From Mobula hypostoma (lineage: Eukaryota): 64,000 bases of DNA. Positions 12,334-25,645 of the stretch are shown in pieces. Position numbers and translations under genes: made by a program. The stretch's first letter is position 1; each line of letters begins with the position of its first letter. Under the pieces are notes generated by a model, which had not been told where the DNA came from, ran no database searches, and worked only from the letters and a program-made list of their open reading frames with translations. The DNA lies in NCBI RefSeq assembly GCF_963921235.1, contig NC_086097.1, positions 58,654,001 through 58,718,000 of the forward strand, given 5' to 3'.

Positions 12334-15300
12334 TAGAAACATAGAAACATAGAAAATAGGTGCAGGAGTAGGCCATTCGGCCCTTCGAGCCTGCACCGCC
12401 ATTTATTATGATCATGGCTGATCATCCAACTCAGAACCCCGCCCCAGTCTTCCCTCCATACCCCCTGACCCCCGTAGCCACAAGGGCCATATCTAACTCC
12501 CTCTTAAATATAGCCAATGAACTGGCCTCAACTGTTTCCTGTGGCAGAGAATTCCACAGATTCACCACTCTCTGTGTGAAGAAGTTTTTCCTAATCTCGG
12601 TCCTAAAAGGCTTCCCCTCTATCCTCAAACTGTGGCCCCTCATTCTGGACTTCCCCAACATCGGGAACAATCTTCCTGCATCTAGCCTGTCCAATCCCTT
12701 TAGGATTTTATACGTTTCAATCAGATCCCCCCTCAATCTTCTAAATTCCAACGAGTATAAGACTAGTTCATCCAGTCTTTCTTCATATGAAAGTCCTGTC
12801 ATCCCAGAAATCAATCTGGTGAACCTTCTTTGTACTCCCTCTAAGGCAAGGATGTCTTTCCTCAGATTAGGGGACCAAAACTGCACACAATACTCCAGGT
12901 GTGGTCTCACCAAGGCCTTGTACAACTGCAGTAGTACCTCCCTGCTCCTGTACTCGAATCCTCTCGCTATAAATGCCAGCATACCATTCACCTTTTTCAC
13001 CGCCTGCTGTACCTGCATGCCCACTTTCAATGACTGGTGTATAATGACACCCAGGTCTCGTTGCACCTCCCCTTTTCCTAATCGGCCACCATTCAGATAA
13101 TAATCTGTTTTCCTATTTTTGCCACCAAAGTGGATAACTTCACATTTATCCACATTAAATTGCATCTGCCATGAATTTGCCCACTCACCCAACCTATCCA
13201 AGTCACCCTGCATCCTCTTAGCATCCTCCTCACAGCTAACACTGCCACCCAGCTTCGTGTCATCCGCAAGCTTGGAGATGCTGCATTTAATTCCCTCATC
13301 CAAGTCATTAATATATATTGTAAACAACTGGGGTCCCAGCACTGAGCCTTGCGGTACCCCACTAGTCACCGTCTGCCATTCTGAAAAGGTCCCGTTTATT
13401 CCCACTCTTTGCTTCCTGTCTGCTAACCAATTCTCCACCCACACCAATACCTTACCCCCAATACCGTGTGCTTTAAGTTTGCACACTAATCTCCTGTGTG
13501 GGACCTTGTCAAAAGCCTTTTGAAAATCCAAATATACCACATCCACTGGTTCTCCCCTATCCACTCTACTAGTTACATCCTCAAAAAATTCTATGAGATT
13601 CGTCAGACATGATTTTCCTTTCACAAATCCATGCTGACTTTGTCCGATCATTTCACCGCTTTCCAAATGTGCTGTTATCACATCCTTGATAACTGACTCC
13701 AGCAGTTTCCCCACCACCAACGTTAGGCTAACCGGTCTATAATTCCCCAGTTTCTCTCTCCCTCCTTTTTTAAAAAGTGGAGTTACATTAGCCACCCTCC
13801 AATTCTCAGGAACTAGTCCAGAATCTAACGAGTTTTGAAAAATTATCACTAATGCATCCACTATTTCTTGGGCTACTTCCTTAAGCGCTCTAGGATGCAG
13901 ACCATCTGCCTTCAATCCCTTCAATTTACCTAACACCACTTCCCTACTAACATGTATTTCGCTCAGTTCCTCCATCTCACTGGACCCTCTGTCCCCTACT
14001 ATTTCTGGAAGATTATTTCTGTCCTCCTTAGTGAAGACAGAACCAAAGTAATTATTCAATTGGTCTGCCATGTCCTTGCTCCCCATAATCAATTCACCTG
14101 TTTCTGTCTGCAGGGGACCTACATTTGTCTTTACCAGTCTTTTCCTTTTTACCTATCTATAAAAGCTTTTACAGTCCGTTTTTATGTTCCCTGCCAGTTT
14201 TCTCTCATAATCTTTTTTCCCCTTCCTAATTAAGCCCTTTGTCCTCCTCTGCTGAACTCTGAATTTCTCCCAGTCCACTTTCTCTGGCTAATTTGTATGC
14301 TTCTTCTTTGGAATTGATACTATCTCTAATTTCTCTTGTCAGCCACGGGTGCACTACCTTCCTTGATTTATTCTTTTGCCAAACTGGGATGAACAATTGT
14401 TGTAGTTCATCCATGCAACCTTTAAATGCTTGCCATTGCATATCCACCGTCAATCCTTTAAGTGTCATTTGCCAGTCTATCTTAGCTAATTCACGTCTCA
14501 TACCTTCAAAGTTACCCCTCTTTAAGTTCAGAACCTTTGTTTCTGAATTAACTATGTCACTCTCCATCTTAATGAAGAATTCCACCATATTATGGTCACT
14601 CTTACACAAGGGGCCTCTCACGACAAGATCGCTAATTAACCCTTCCTCATTGCTCAAAACCCAGTCCAGAATAGCCTGCTCTCTAGTTGGTTCCTCAACA
14701 TGTTGGTTCAAAAAACCATCCCGCATACATTCCAAGAAATCCTCTTCCTCAGCACCTTTACCAATTTGGTTCACCCAATCTACATGTAGATTGAAGTCAC
14801 CCATTATAACTGCTGTTCTTTTATTGCACACATTTCTAATTTCCTGTTTAATACCATCCCCAACCTCACTACTACTGTTAGGTGGCCTGTACACAACTCC
14901 CACCAGCGTCTTCTGCCCCTTAGTGTTACGCAGCTCTACCCATATCGATTCCACATCTTCCCGGCTTATGTCCTTCCTTTCTATTGCGTTAATCTCTTCT
15001 TTAACCAGCAACGCCACCCCACCTCCCCTTCCTTCATGTCTATCCCTCCTGAATATTGATTATCCCTGAACGTTGAGCTCCCATCCCTGGTCACCCTGGA
15101 GCCATGTCTCTGTGATCCCAACTATATCATAATCATTAATAACAATCTGCACTTTCAATTCATCCACCTTATTACGAATGCTCCTTGCATTGACACACAA
15201 AGCCTTCAGGCGCTCTGTTACAACTCTCTTAGCCCTTATACAATTATGTTGAAAAGTGGCCCTTTTTAATGCTTGCCCTGGATTTGTCGGCCTGCCACTT

Positions 15301-15513
15301 TTACTTTTCTCCTTAGTACTTTTTGCTTCTACCCTCACTTTACACCCCTCTGTCTCTCTGCACTGGTTCCCATCCCCCTGTTGTGAACTAACCTCGTCAC
15401 GCCTAGCCTCTTCAATTTGATTCCCACCCCCAACCATTCTAGTTTAAAGTCACCTCAGTAGCCCTCGCTAATCTCCCTGCCAGGATATTGGTCCCCCTAG
15501 GATTCAAGTGTAA
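12334..15513 (-). mobile_element. Young CR1 LINE nested in the older CR1: ORF1 C-terminus, nearly complete ORF2, 3' UTR
   Basis: ORF1 ends LHLNPRGTNILAGRLARATEVTLN*; ORF2 pieces are 15060-15437, 14226-15017 and 12431-14092; (TAGAAACA)n tail from 12334. Confidence 0.96.
12431..14092 (-). pseudogene. CR1 ORF2 reverse transcriptase domain, 553-aa open segment of a disrupted ORF2
   Basis: [45 protein letters not shown] and LADDTKL motifs. Confidence 0.95.
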
Positions 15514-18343
15514 CAAACGCGTCTACTATAATCTCCACCAATTCCCTCAGCACCCAGGGATGCATCCCATCAGGACCAGGGGACTTATCTACCTTCAGGC
15601 CCTCTAGTTTGCTCATCACCATCTCTTTAGTGACAGTGATTTTATTGAGGTCCTCACCTCCCATTTCGTCCATAACATCCTTCTTTGGCATATTAGACGT
15701 GTCCTCCACTGTGAAGACCGACACAAAATAGTCGTTCAATGCCTCAGCCATTTCCTTATCACCCAATATTAATTTCCCCTTCTCGTCTTCCAGGGGACCT
15801 ACTTTGACTTTAGCCACATCTTCTGCTTTATATATTTATAAAAACTTTTGCCTTCTCTTTTTATATTTTGTGCTAATTTACTTTCATACTCTATCTTCCC
15901 TTTCCTTATTTCTTGCTTAGTTGTTCTCTGTTGATTTTTAAGGGGAAGTTTTCCTAATCCTCCAGTCTCCCACTACTCTTTGCAACTTTGTACACATGAG
16001 CTTTTAATTTGATGCCTTCTTTTATTTCCTTAGTTATCCAAGGCTGGCTCTCCCCACACTTACTGTCCTTACTTTTGACTGGAATATACTTTAGTTGAGC
16101 ACTGTGAAAAATCTGTTTGGAAGTATTCCACTGTTCTTCAACTGTGCTCCCAATCCACATTAGCCAAATCCTCCCTCAACCTGTTGTAGTCTCCTTTGTT
16201 CAGGCATAATACGCTAGCTTTAGATCAAACTATTTCATTCTCCATCTGTATGCGGAATTCAATCATACTATGATCACACTTTCCAAGAAGATCGTTATAA
16301 GATCGTTAATCTTACCTGTCTCATTGCACAGGACTAGATATAAGATAGCATTTTCCCTTGTAGGTTCACTAACATGCTGCTCAAGAAAGCTATCACAGAT
16401 GCATTCTATGAAGTCCTCCTCAAGACTTCCTTGACCAACCTGATTCACCCAATCTATGTGGAAGTTGAAATCCCTCATGACAACTGCTGTTCCGTTCTTA
16501 CAAGCCTCAGTTATTTCTTGGTTAATCGCTTCTGCCACTGCAATATTTTTATTACGTGGCCCATAGACAACTCCCACTGGTGATTTTTTTTCCCTTTACT
16601 ATTCTTAATCCCTACCCACATGGACTTAACATTCTGCTCCATAGATCTTATATCGTCTCTCACAATCGCCCTGATCTCATCCTTAATGAAGAACGCCACC
16701 CCACCTCCTTTGCCTTCCTGCCTATCTTTCTGTATTACCTGATACCCTTGGATATTTAATTCCCGGTCATCTCCACCTTGCAACCAGGTTTCTGTAATGG
16801 CCACTAAATCAATGGACAAGAGTGAATATGGAACGAGGAGGATAAATGTAAGAGGTTATATACAGTACACTATGTTCAGCAGTTCACCTATCAGAAGGTG
16901 CCATGAGTTAAGGGAAATATGGGGAAGAGGATTAAATATAAGAATCCAAACAAACTTAATGCATTGCATATCACCGATAGTTAAGGCCTCAGCAACAGGG
17001 ACACAAAGTAATAGATTACAAATCTTTAAGTGCAGTCTTATCAGCTTTTTAATTTTATCTCTGCTCATGCTTCTCTCGACCTATCAGATCTGTTGTATGA
17101 ACGTGCAATTGAACTCCCATGCCATTTTTGTAAAATATGTGCAGGCGAAAATATTTGAGTGGAGCTTGGAAGTAACAAGAAGACCAGAAATAAGAATGCA
17201 AGTTAGGTTCTATGAATGAAGATCAAAGGGAAAGCTTGCTAATTAGACTTCTGGAAATCAATCTTCTTAATGCTTGGAGCAAATTCTAGTTGTTCCTTTT
17301 TTCGGAAAGACATCGGATAACAATGGTGAACATAACCAACTGGAATGGAAATAGTTAATCAGGATAGTCACAGAATTCTAGTGCAGCACTACCAATGATT
17401 TGTTTACTGAACATATTGTAGCAGTGAGAACAGGCTTTCAAGACTGAATAAAAATGCTGGATGATAGAATGTCGGTACCCATTGATAGGCCTTACTAGAA
17501 ATGAAATGCTAAAGGACACCATCTGCTCAGACTAAAGCAATAAAGTTCATGTAAAATCTGGGAAACAGGGGAATGTAACTATTGAGACATGCTGACAGCT
17601 ATTCAACAGTGATAAGGAAGGGTATAAAGAGAGGCAATTGTGCCCCTAGGAGTTGAACTTTGAGTATCTACTGCAGAGAAACTTTAGCTGGCTAGTTCCA
17701 AGCCAGAGGTGGTGGAGAGAATTTAATACTGGCGAACTCAAGAAGCCAGCAGTTAAAGATAGATATATTGCTTGAGGGTTATGAGAAGCAGAAATGCTCT
17801 TCCTGCTCTCTTGAACAAATCTTCACCCACCCAACCAGCCAGCCAACCAGCTTTATCCATTCTCCTACAATTGTTCCCAATGTTCTTTCCTCACTCTTTT
17901 TGTCACTTTGACTCTGGCACATTCTGTACCAGAAAATCTGCAGTGTTGATTTTGCTCTTCTCCTGACTGTTACCCTGAAACTCTGTCATCAAACCAGCAC
18001 GTTCCCCATACCCCACCTCCTTCCCACACTGACATATCAAACATGCCCCAATCTGCAACTCTTTGGCCTCTGACATGATTGCATTCCTTGGACCCTAAGT
18101 TCCCCACACCTGCAATGCCCTCACACTCCTTTCTCTTCTTGGTGATGGTCTGGTCCTGTCTCCACTTTCCAAACCTTAAACCAGTCACCTAGGCTCTTCT
18201 TTTCTCTCCCCAATCTGGCAGAGTCATAAAGTGAGCACCAAATAGAGTAATAACAAATTGAATGTCCAGGTAAGTTGCTGCTTCTAATAATTTGTTATGG
18301 TTTGTCGAATACCTCTGGTCAACCAGTAAGGGTGACCTTGAGC

Positions 18344-18346
<3 letters not shown>

Positions 18347-18379
<33 letters not shown>

Positions 18380-18446
18380 CACACTCACACTCACACTCAC
18401 ACTCACACTCACACACACACACACACACACACTCACACTCACACTC
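18347..18446. repeat. Compound (CA)n/(CACACT)n microsatellite
   Basis: Directly visible. Confidence 0.98.
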
Positions 18447-18565
18447 AGATTCTTTCTTGCCTTTGGCTCTTACACTGTCCTAACAAACCTCAATGTAAGC
18501 TCACAGATCAGCACCTCATCTTCCAGGTTCAGACACATAAGCTTTCCAGACTCAGCAATGAACTG
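18447..18565 (+). mobile_element. Penelope-like element, GIY-YIG endonuclease C-terminal remnant
   Basis: [34 protein letters not shown] resembles the PLE C-terminal pattern LGLLHC..E..RKLEEQHLIFRLGTLQP.GLN. Confidence 0.65.
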
Positions 18566-18744
18566 GAGACACAAGAGATTGCAGATGTTAGAATCTGGAG
18601 CGAAAACAAACAAGATGCTGGAGGAGCCCAGCAAGTCAGGAAGCAGCTATGAAATGTTAATTGTGGATATGGACATCGACTGTTTACTTAGCTGCACAGA
18701 TGTTGCCTGATCTGTTCAGTTCCTTCAGCTTCTTGTTTTATTGT
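18566..18744. mobile_element. Older palindromic Penelope-derived short element with TSD
   Basis: Imperfect inverted arms, flanked by TCAGCAATGAA(C/T)TG at 18552-18565 and 18745-18758. Confidence 0.75.
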
Positions 18745-18999
18745 TCAGCAATGAATTGAATATTTTGTGGATAACCATCCCAAGTTTGTATCTTTCACTC
18801 CTAGACTTCAAGATTTAGAAAGCAGAGTTTCGTGTCAGTTTCTCTGAGCTGGACAATCCACGCCACGGATGTGTGAAAAGAGCTACTTCTTAATCAGCCA
18901 TAATTGAGATTTCAAAGGCAGAGTTATGCAGCAGTTTTTCTGAATTGAGGAGTGACAAATCAGCAAGTGGCATTCATTAGAAAGGGCCAATAAGAATAA

Positions 19000-21900
19000 T
19001 TTAAGTTCAAGTTGAGCAGTCGTTCTTTGAAGCGGCCACTCATTTGGAGTATGCCAGTCTTTAGAGTGGCTTTGACTCATCAGGCTTAAGCGAGATCAGG
19101 CTTGGGTAAGGTGCGTTGTCTTGTAACTTACTCTCTCGGTGTTCTTATTTGTTCATTCCTCATCTATTGGGGCATAGTATAGTGAGAATGGCTCCAGGGG
19201 CAGTATTTTGTACCATGTGGGATGTAGGATATCTGGGAGACCTCCAGTCTCCTAGATAAATGCATTTGCACCAGTTGTAGCGAGCTACAGGTCTTGAGAG
19301 AAAGTATTAAGGAACTAGGGCCGCAGCTTGATGACCTTCGACTCATTTGAGAGAATGAGAAGGCGATAGACAGGAGCTACAGGGAGGTAGTCACCCTTTG
19401 GTTGCAGGAGACAGATAACTGGATGTCTGTCAGGAGAAGGAGGGAAATGCACAGCCAGTGCAGTGTACACTTGTGGCTGTTCCCCTCAATAATAAGTATA
19501 CGATGTTAGATACTATTGAGGGGGATGACTTACCAGAGGGAGCCACAGTGACCAGGTCTCCGGCACTAAGTCTGGTCCTGTGGCTCAGAAGAGCAGAGAG
19601 ATGAAGAGGACTGGACAATTGATAGGAGATTCATTAGTCCGAGGAACAGAGATGAAGTTCTATAAACATGATGGAAACACCCAGCTGATATGTTGCCTCC
19701 TGGTGCCAGGATCAGGGATGTCTTGGATTGTGTCCATAACATTCTCAAGGTGAGAGTGTGCAGCTAGAAGTCTTGGTACATATTGGAACCAATGACATAG
19801 GTAGACAAGCTGAGGAGGTCCTGAAGAGAGATTTTACAGATCTAGGTAGAAAGCTGAGAAACAGAACCTCCAGAGTAGTAATCTCTGGATTGCTGCTTGT
19901 GCCACATGCCAGTGAGGGTAAGTACAGGATGTTTACATGGCTGAGGAACTGGTGCAGGGGTCAAGGGTTGAGATTTATGGATCATTGGGATCTCTTCTAG
20001 GAAAGGTACGACCTATACAAAATGATAGGTTTGAGGGGCTCCAATATCTTTTCAGGCAGGTTGGTTAGAGTTGTTTGGGTGAATTTAAACTAACTTGGCA
20101 GGGGGATGGGAACCGGAGTGATGGTGCTGAAGCTGGGTTATAAAGAGAGGTAATATCCATTGAAACTCCTCACACTGACAGGCTGATGACAGGGCAAAAT
20201 TACAGTCAACAGGATGAGTTGCAATGTAAAAGGCAGACAAAATCGAGAAGGGTGAATACAGGACTAAAGGTGTTATATCTCAATGTGTGCAATATATGGA
20301 ATAAGGTCAATGAACTTGTAGTAGAGTTACAGATTGGCAAGAATGATGTTGTAGGTGTCACTGAATCATGGCTGAAAGAAGATTACAGCTGGGAGTTTAA
20401 TGTTCAAGGATACACAGTGATAGGCAGGAAGGCAGAGGGGGTGGTATGGCTCTGTTGGTAAAAAAAGAAATTAAGTCATTAGAAAGAGGTGACGCAGGAT
20501 CGGAAGTTGTTGAATTGTTGTGGATAGAGCTAAGAGGCTGCAGGGGTAAAAAGACCCTAATGGGAGTCACATACATACCTCCAAGTAGTAGTAAAGATGT
20601 GGTCTACAAGTTACAATGGGAGATATAAAATGCATGCCAGATGTGCGATGTTACAATAGTCATGGGGTGTTTCAATATTCAGGTATTTTGGGATAATCAT
20701 GCTGGTGCAGGATTCCAAGAGGGGGAATTTCTAGATTGCCTGCAAGATGGCTTTTTAGAGCAGCTTGTAGTTGAGCTCACTTGGGGTGTGATATTTTGGA
20801 TTGTGCAATGAACCAGAATTGATTAGAGAGCTCAAGGTCAAAGAACTCTTAGGTGAAAGTGGTCATACTATGATCAAATTCACACTGAAATTTGAGAAGG
20901 AGAAGCTAAAGTCAGAAGTAGCAGAATTACAGTGGAGTAAAGGAATTTCCAGAGACAGGAGCGAGGTGTTGGCCAGAATTTATTGGAAAAATACACTGGC
21001 AGGGATGACAGAAAATCAGAAAAGGCTGGAATTTCTGGAAGAAACTTGGAAGGCACAGGATACATACATCCCAAAGAGGAAGAATTATTCTAAAGGCAAG
21101 ATGACACAACCATGGCTAACAAGGGAAGTCATAGCCAGCATAAAAACCAAAGAGAGGGCATATAATAGAGCAAAACTTTGTGGAAGATTAGAGGATTGGG
21201 AAGCTTTTAAATACCAACAGAAGACAATTAAAAACTCATTAAGAAGGTAAAAATGGAATATGAAAATAAGCTAGCCAATAATAATAAAGAAGATACCGGA
21301 AATTTCTTCAGAGACGTGAAGTGTAAAAGAGAAGGAAGAGTGGATATCAGATCATTGAAAGACAATGATGGAGAGGTGGTAATGAGGTACAATGAAATGG
21401 TGGATGAACTGAATAAGTATTTTGCATTAGTCTTCACTTTGGAAGACACTAGCAATATGGTGCAAGTTCTTGATGTCAGGGTTCATGAAGTGTGTGAAAT
21501 TACTATTACTAGGGAGAAGGTTCTTGGGAAACTGAAAGGTCTGAAGGAAGATAAGTCACCTGGATCAGATGGTGTACACCCCAGGTTTCTGAAAGAAGTT
21601 GCTGAAGAGATTCTGGAGGCATTTGTAATGATCTTTCAAGCATCACTAGATTCTGGATTGGTTCTGGAAGACTGGGAAATTGCAAATGTCACTCCACTCT
21701 TCAAGAAGGGAGAGAGGCAGAAGAAAGAAAATTATAGGCCAGTTAGTCTGAGCACAGTGGTTGGGAAGATTGTTGGAGTTGGTTGTTAAGGAAGTGATTC
21801 CGGGGTACTTGGAGGTACATGATAAGATAGGATAGGATAAAATGGTATTACAGGATGAAGCAGTGGCTGATTGGCAGGAGGTAAAGAGTGGGGAATAAAG

Positions 21901-22650
21901 GGAGCCTTTCCTGGCTGGTTGCTGGTGACTATTGGAAGATAGTGGCAGATGGAATACAGTGTTGGGAAGTGTATGATCATGTACTTGGTAAAAGAAGTGA
22001 AGGGTTGATTATTTTCTAAATGGAGAGAAAACATAAAATCCGAGGCTCAAAGGGTTTTGGAAGTCCTTGTGCAGGATTCCCTAAAGGTTAATTTGCAGGT
22101 TGAGTCTGTGGTGAGGAAGCCAAATGTGATATTAGCATTCATTTCAAGAGGACTAGAATATAAATGCTAAGATGTAATGCTGAGACTGGAGAGGCCTCAC
22201 TTGGACTATTGTGAGCAGTTTTGTGCTCCTTATCTTAGAAAGGATGTGCTGAAACTGGAGATAGTTCAAAGGATATTCATGAAAATGATTCCAGGTTTAA
22301 ATAGCTTGTCATATGAAGACTGTTTGATGCTTCTGGGCCTGTATTCACTGGAATTCAGAAGAATGAGTGGTGACCTAATTGAAATCTATCAAATTGTGAA
22401 AGGCCTTGATGAAGTGGATGTGGAAAGGAATATCTAAGACCAGAGGAAACAACTTCAGAATAGAGGGACGTCCTTTTAGAATGGAGATGAAGAGGAATTT
22501 CTTCAGCCAGGCAGCAGTGAATCTGTGGAATTCTTAGCCACAGGCAGCTGTGGAGACCAAGTCTTTATGTATATTTAAGGAAGAGGTTAATAGATTCGTG
22601 ACTGGTCAGGGCATGAAAGGATATGAGGGTAAGGCAGGTGTTTGGGTCTG
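19000..22650 (+). mobile_element. Near full-length, decayed CR1 LINE (5' UTR, ORF1, ORF2 with internal deletions)
   Basis: ORF1 CxxC..CTSC finger and esterase-like VLVHIGTNDIG; EN VVGVTESWL; KSPGSDGVHPR and NYRPVSL. The RT core is largely deleted around 21830-21940. Confidence 0.9.
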
Positions 22651-23380
22651 AGAGCAAACTCCACCTGCCACTTCGCAGTCCAGTTCTGCATCCTATTGAA
22701 GTCACACTATAACCTCTGACAACCCTCCAGACTATCCACAACACCCCCAACTTTTGTGTCATCAGCAAACTTACCTACTCTAGAAACTGCCTAGAATTCC
22801 CTGGCGCATAGCCCTCTATTTTTCTAAGCTCCACGTACCTATCTAAGAGTCTCTTAAAAGACCTTATTGTATCTGCTTCTACCACCCTTTTACTTCCTCA
22901 TCCAGGTCATTTATAAAAATCACAAAGAGGAGGGGTCCCAGAACAGATCCCTGCAGAATACCACTGGTCACCATCCTCCATGCAGAATACAAACCACCTG
23001 CAACCACATTTTGCCTTCTGTGGGCAAGCGAATTCTGGATCCACAAAGCAAGGTCTCCTTGGATCTCATGCTTCATTACTTTCTGAATGAATCTCACATG
23101 GGGAACCTTATCAAATGCCTTACTGAAATCCATATACACTACGTCCACTGCTCTACCTTCATCAATATGTTTTGTTATATAATTTACCACCCTCAGCCTC
23201 TCTTCAATGAAGAAAGCAGTTCCAGCCCCTCCAATGTATCCGTGCAAATGTACTCTCTCATCCTGGAACTGTTCTTGCAAAACTCCCGTGGACCATTTGC
23301 AATGCCTTCTTGTCCTTGCTGTAATAAGTTGATCAGAACAGAAAATAATGTCCATCTGAGGCTGGGCCAGTGTTTATATA
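22651..23380 (-). mobile_element. Scrambled CR1 RT fragments
   Basis: [28 protein letters not shown]; a ~100-bp piece of CR1 3' region interrupts at 22781-22883. Confidence 0.85.
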
Positions 23381-23411
23381 TTTTAAAAATTAATTTTATT
23401 TAAAGATACAG

Positions 23412-23908
23412 GAAGGATGTGGAAGCCATAGAAAGTGTGCAGGCGGGATTTACAAGGATGTTGCCTGGATTGGGGAGCATGCCTTATGAGAATAGGTTGA
23501 GTGAACTCGGCCTTTTCTCCTTGGAGCGATGGAGGATGAGAGGTGACCTGATAGAGGTGTATAAGATGATGAGAGGCATTGATCATGTGGACAGTCAGAA
23601 GCTTTTTTCCCAGGGCTAAAATGGTTGCCACAAGAGGACACAGGTTTATGGTGCTGGGAAGTAGGTACAGAGGAGATGTCAGGGGTAAGTTTTTTACTCA
23701 GAGAGTGGTGAGTGCGTGGAATGGGCTGCCGGCAATGGTGGTGGAGGCGGATACGATAGGGTCTTTTAAGAGACATTTAGATAGGTACATGGAGCTAAGT
23801 AAAATAGAGGGCTATAGGTAACCCTGGTAATTTCTAAGGTAGGGACATGTTCGGCACAACTCTGTGGGCCAAAGGGCCTGTATTGTGCTGTAGGTTTTCT
23901 ATGTTTCT
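23412..23908 (+). mobile_element. 5'-truncated CR1 inserted in a SINE 3' end
   Basis: ORF2 C-terminus TRGHRFMVLGSRYRGDVRGKFFTQRVV; TTTCTATG-type tail; ATACAG direct repeat at 23406-23411 and 23909-23914. Confidence 0.9.
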
Positions 23909-24149
23909 ATACAGTGCGAAGCAGGCCCTTTTGACCCAATGAGCTACTCGTCCACCTCTGTGTCTGCTTAAATCTTCAGTGACCTGGATTCCAACTTCAC
24001 CATCGTAATGTCTCCTCAGAATTTGCACGATTTTCCTGTGACCCCATGGCTTTCTCCACTTGCTCCAGTTTCTCTCAATTCCTAAATGTGCTAATTGATA
24101 GGTCAATTGATTAATGCAAATTACTCCGGTGTATGTGGGTGGAGATTAC

Positions 24150-24400
24150 AACACTGCCCTTCAACAATGAAGATCCATGCTGAAATCCTGGGAAATAAAG
24201 ACCACTTCCCATATCCTGGCAATCATCTTTTGGCAGAGACAGTTGTCAGTGATATTATAAATTCACCATCATCTCTGATTGCAGCACAGTAACCTTTGTC
24301 ACCCAAGGTAAACATTTGAAGATAAGGACTTAATGCCGGTTCAAATTGGAAAGCAGTGAGCTTTGTCCCGCTTCTGCCTACCTAAAGGACCTACCATGAG
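24150..24400 (+). mobile_element. Old RTE/BovB-like RT fragment
   Basis: MKIHAEILGNKDHFPYPGNHLL resembles the RTE pattern I.I.GE.LENVDHFPYLGSHLS. Confidence 0.6.
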
Positions 24401-24427
24401 GCATGAACCATAAGACGATAAGACTTA

Positions 24428-25645
24428 CAGTACTGTGCAAAAGTCTTAGGCATATACATGTAGCCCCCCGGTAAGCCTCAGGCTCGCTCAACTCGCTGTC
24501 GTGTAGGGGAATCAGCCCTCGGCCCCGCCAAACTGGGTAATTAGTTTGTGTGGATGCTATGTGATGTACGCCACACCGCCAAATAACAGACAAAACACCA
24601 GATATGATTAAATGTTTACAATTTATAGATATTACTGGAACTATGAAATTAATAGAGATAAAATATAAAAGGAAAGTAAAAGGTGCCAAAATTATCAAAG
24701 TTCAACCTCTTTGTGCACAACAGTTGGAGCTCAATTAATGGAGTCTTCTTTCCATCATTCGATCCCCTCCGACCACCTCGACCCACCGCCTGGGACCAAC
24801 CACGGTGGTTGACCAGACACTCCACACGAGTCTGTCTTCGTCTCCTCTCCTCGCCAATGACTCTGGACCTCGAACTTGGGCTCGGGCTCTGTCCTGTTGG
24901 CCAGCTCACAGCATTGCGTCCACACTCTCTCTCCCCATTGCGCCTTCTGCCCAAAAACCTGCGCATGCAGTAGCTTACAGACACACAAAAAAGAATAACA
25001 TCTATCCCAATTGGTTAGCAGCTGAATACAACTCTCTCTATAATCCAAACAAGCTGCTAGCTAGAGAACTTTCTTAGCAGCTAACATAACAAAGAAACCA
25101 TCTTGATTAGCCTACACAGTAACATAAAAGAAGAAACCCCTTACATACAGTACGTATAGCTAGCGTGCGTAAGACTTTTGCACAGTTCCGTATTTGTCAA
25201 TGTGGAGCAGAGAGTGAGTTGTAAATCTGGTGTGAGCAAAGGATGTTGGGAGTGGTGATGGTGGAGCACCACAGGAGGTGTGCCAGGGTGAGGGGGAGGT
25301 TGCACAGGTGCAGACACACCCCAGACCTGAGACACCAGGCAAGGTCAGATGATTCCAAACAACTGGTATATTAATCATTACGGAATGACTCTCTGGTGGT
25401 TTCTGCTCCCTCCCCTCTCTATTCCTCTTTTTCTCAATCATGATTTCTATCTTCTTGCCCCATTCCCACTCTCAGTCCACAATAGAGACTCATATTAGAA
25501 TCAGGTTTATCATCACTCACACATATCATGAAGTTTGGTTTCTTTTGCAGCAATACAGTGCAATACATAAAATTACTACAGTATTGTGCAAAAGTCTTAG
25601 GTTCTCCAGCTATATATATGCGCCTAAGACTTTTGCTCAATGCTG
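24428..25645. mobile_element. Composite non-autonomous Tc1/mariner-type element (two ~70-bp palindromic MITE units around ~390 bp)
   Basis: The TIR CAGTACTGTGCAAAAGTCTTAGG occurs four times: at 24428, ending 25190, at 25579 and ending 25645. Each unit is flanked by TA. Confidence 0.85.
24459..25145 (-). mobile_element. Solo LTR, 687 bp
   Basis: TGTA...TACA termini; 4-bp TSD TACA at 24455-24458 and 25146-25149; removing it restores a MITE unit; CpG-rich. Orientation is inferred. Confidence 0.88.

Larger units (their letters stand above)
10859..16811 (-). mobile_element. CR1 LINE (host copy), 5'-truncated in the endonuclease; split into 10859-12333 and 15514-16811 by a nested CR1
   Basis: EN VAITETWLQG and DFNFHIDW; RT SGVPQGSVLGP and KFADDTKL; (AAGAACAT)n tail; many stops and indels. 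Confidence 0.93.

Noticed and set aside
11155..15069. Long plus-strand ORFs (138, 230, 134 and 258 aa)
   Set aside because: They are antisense shadows of CR1 ORF2.
18275..18652. His/Thr-rich ORFs
   Set aside because: They are translations of a microsatellite.
24649..25077. Overlapping ~100-aa ORFs
   Set aside because: They lie in a GC-rich solo LTR and have no recognisable domain.
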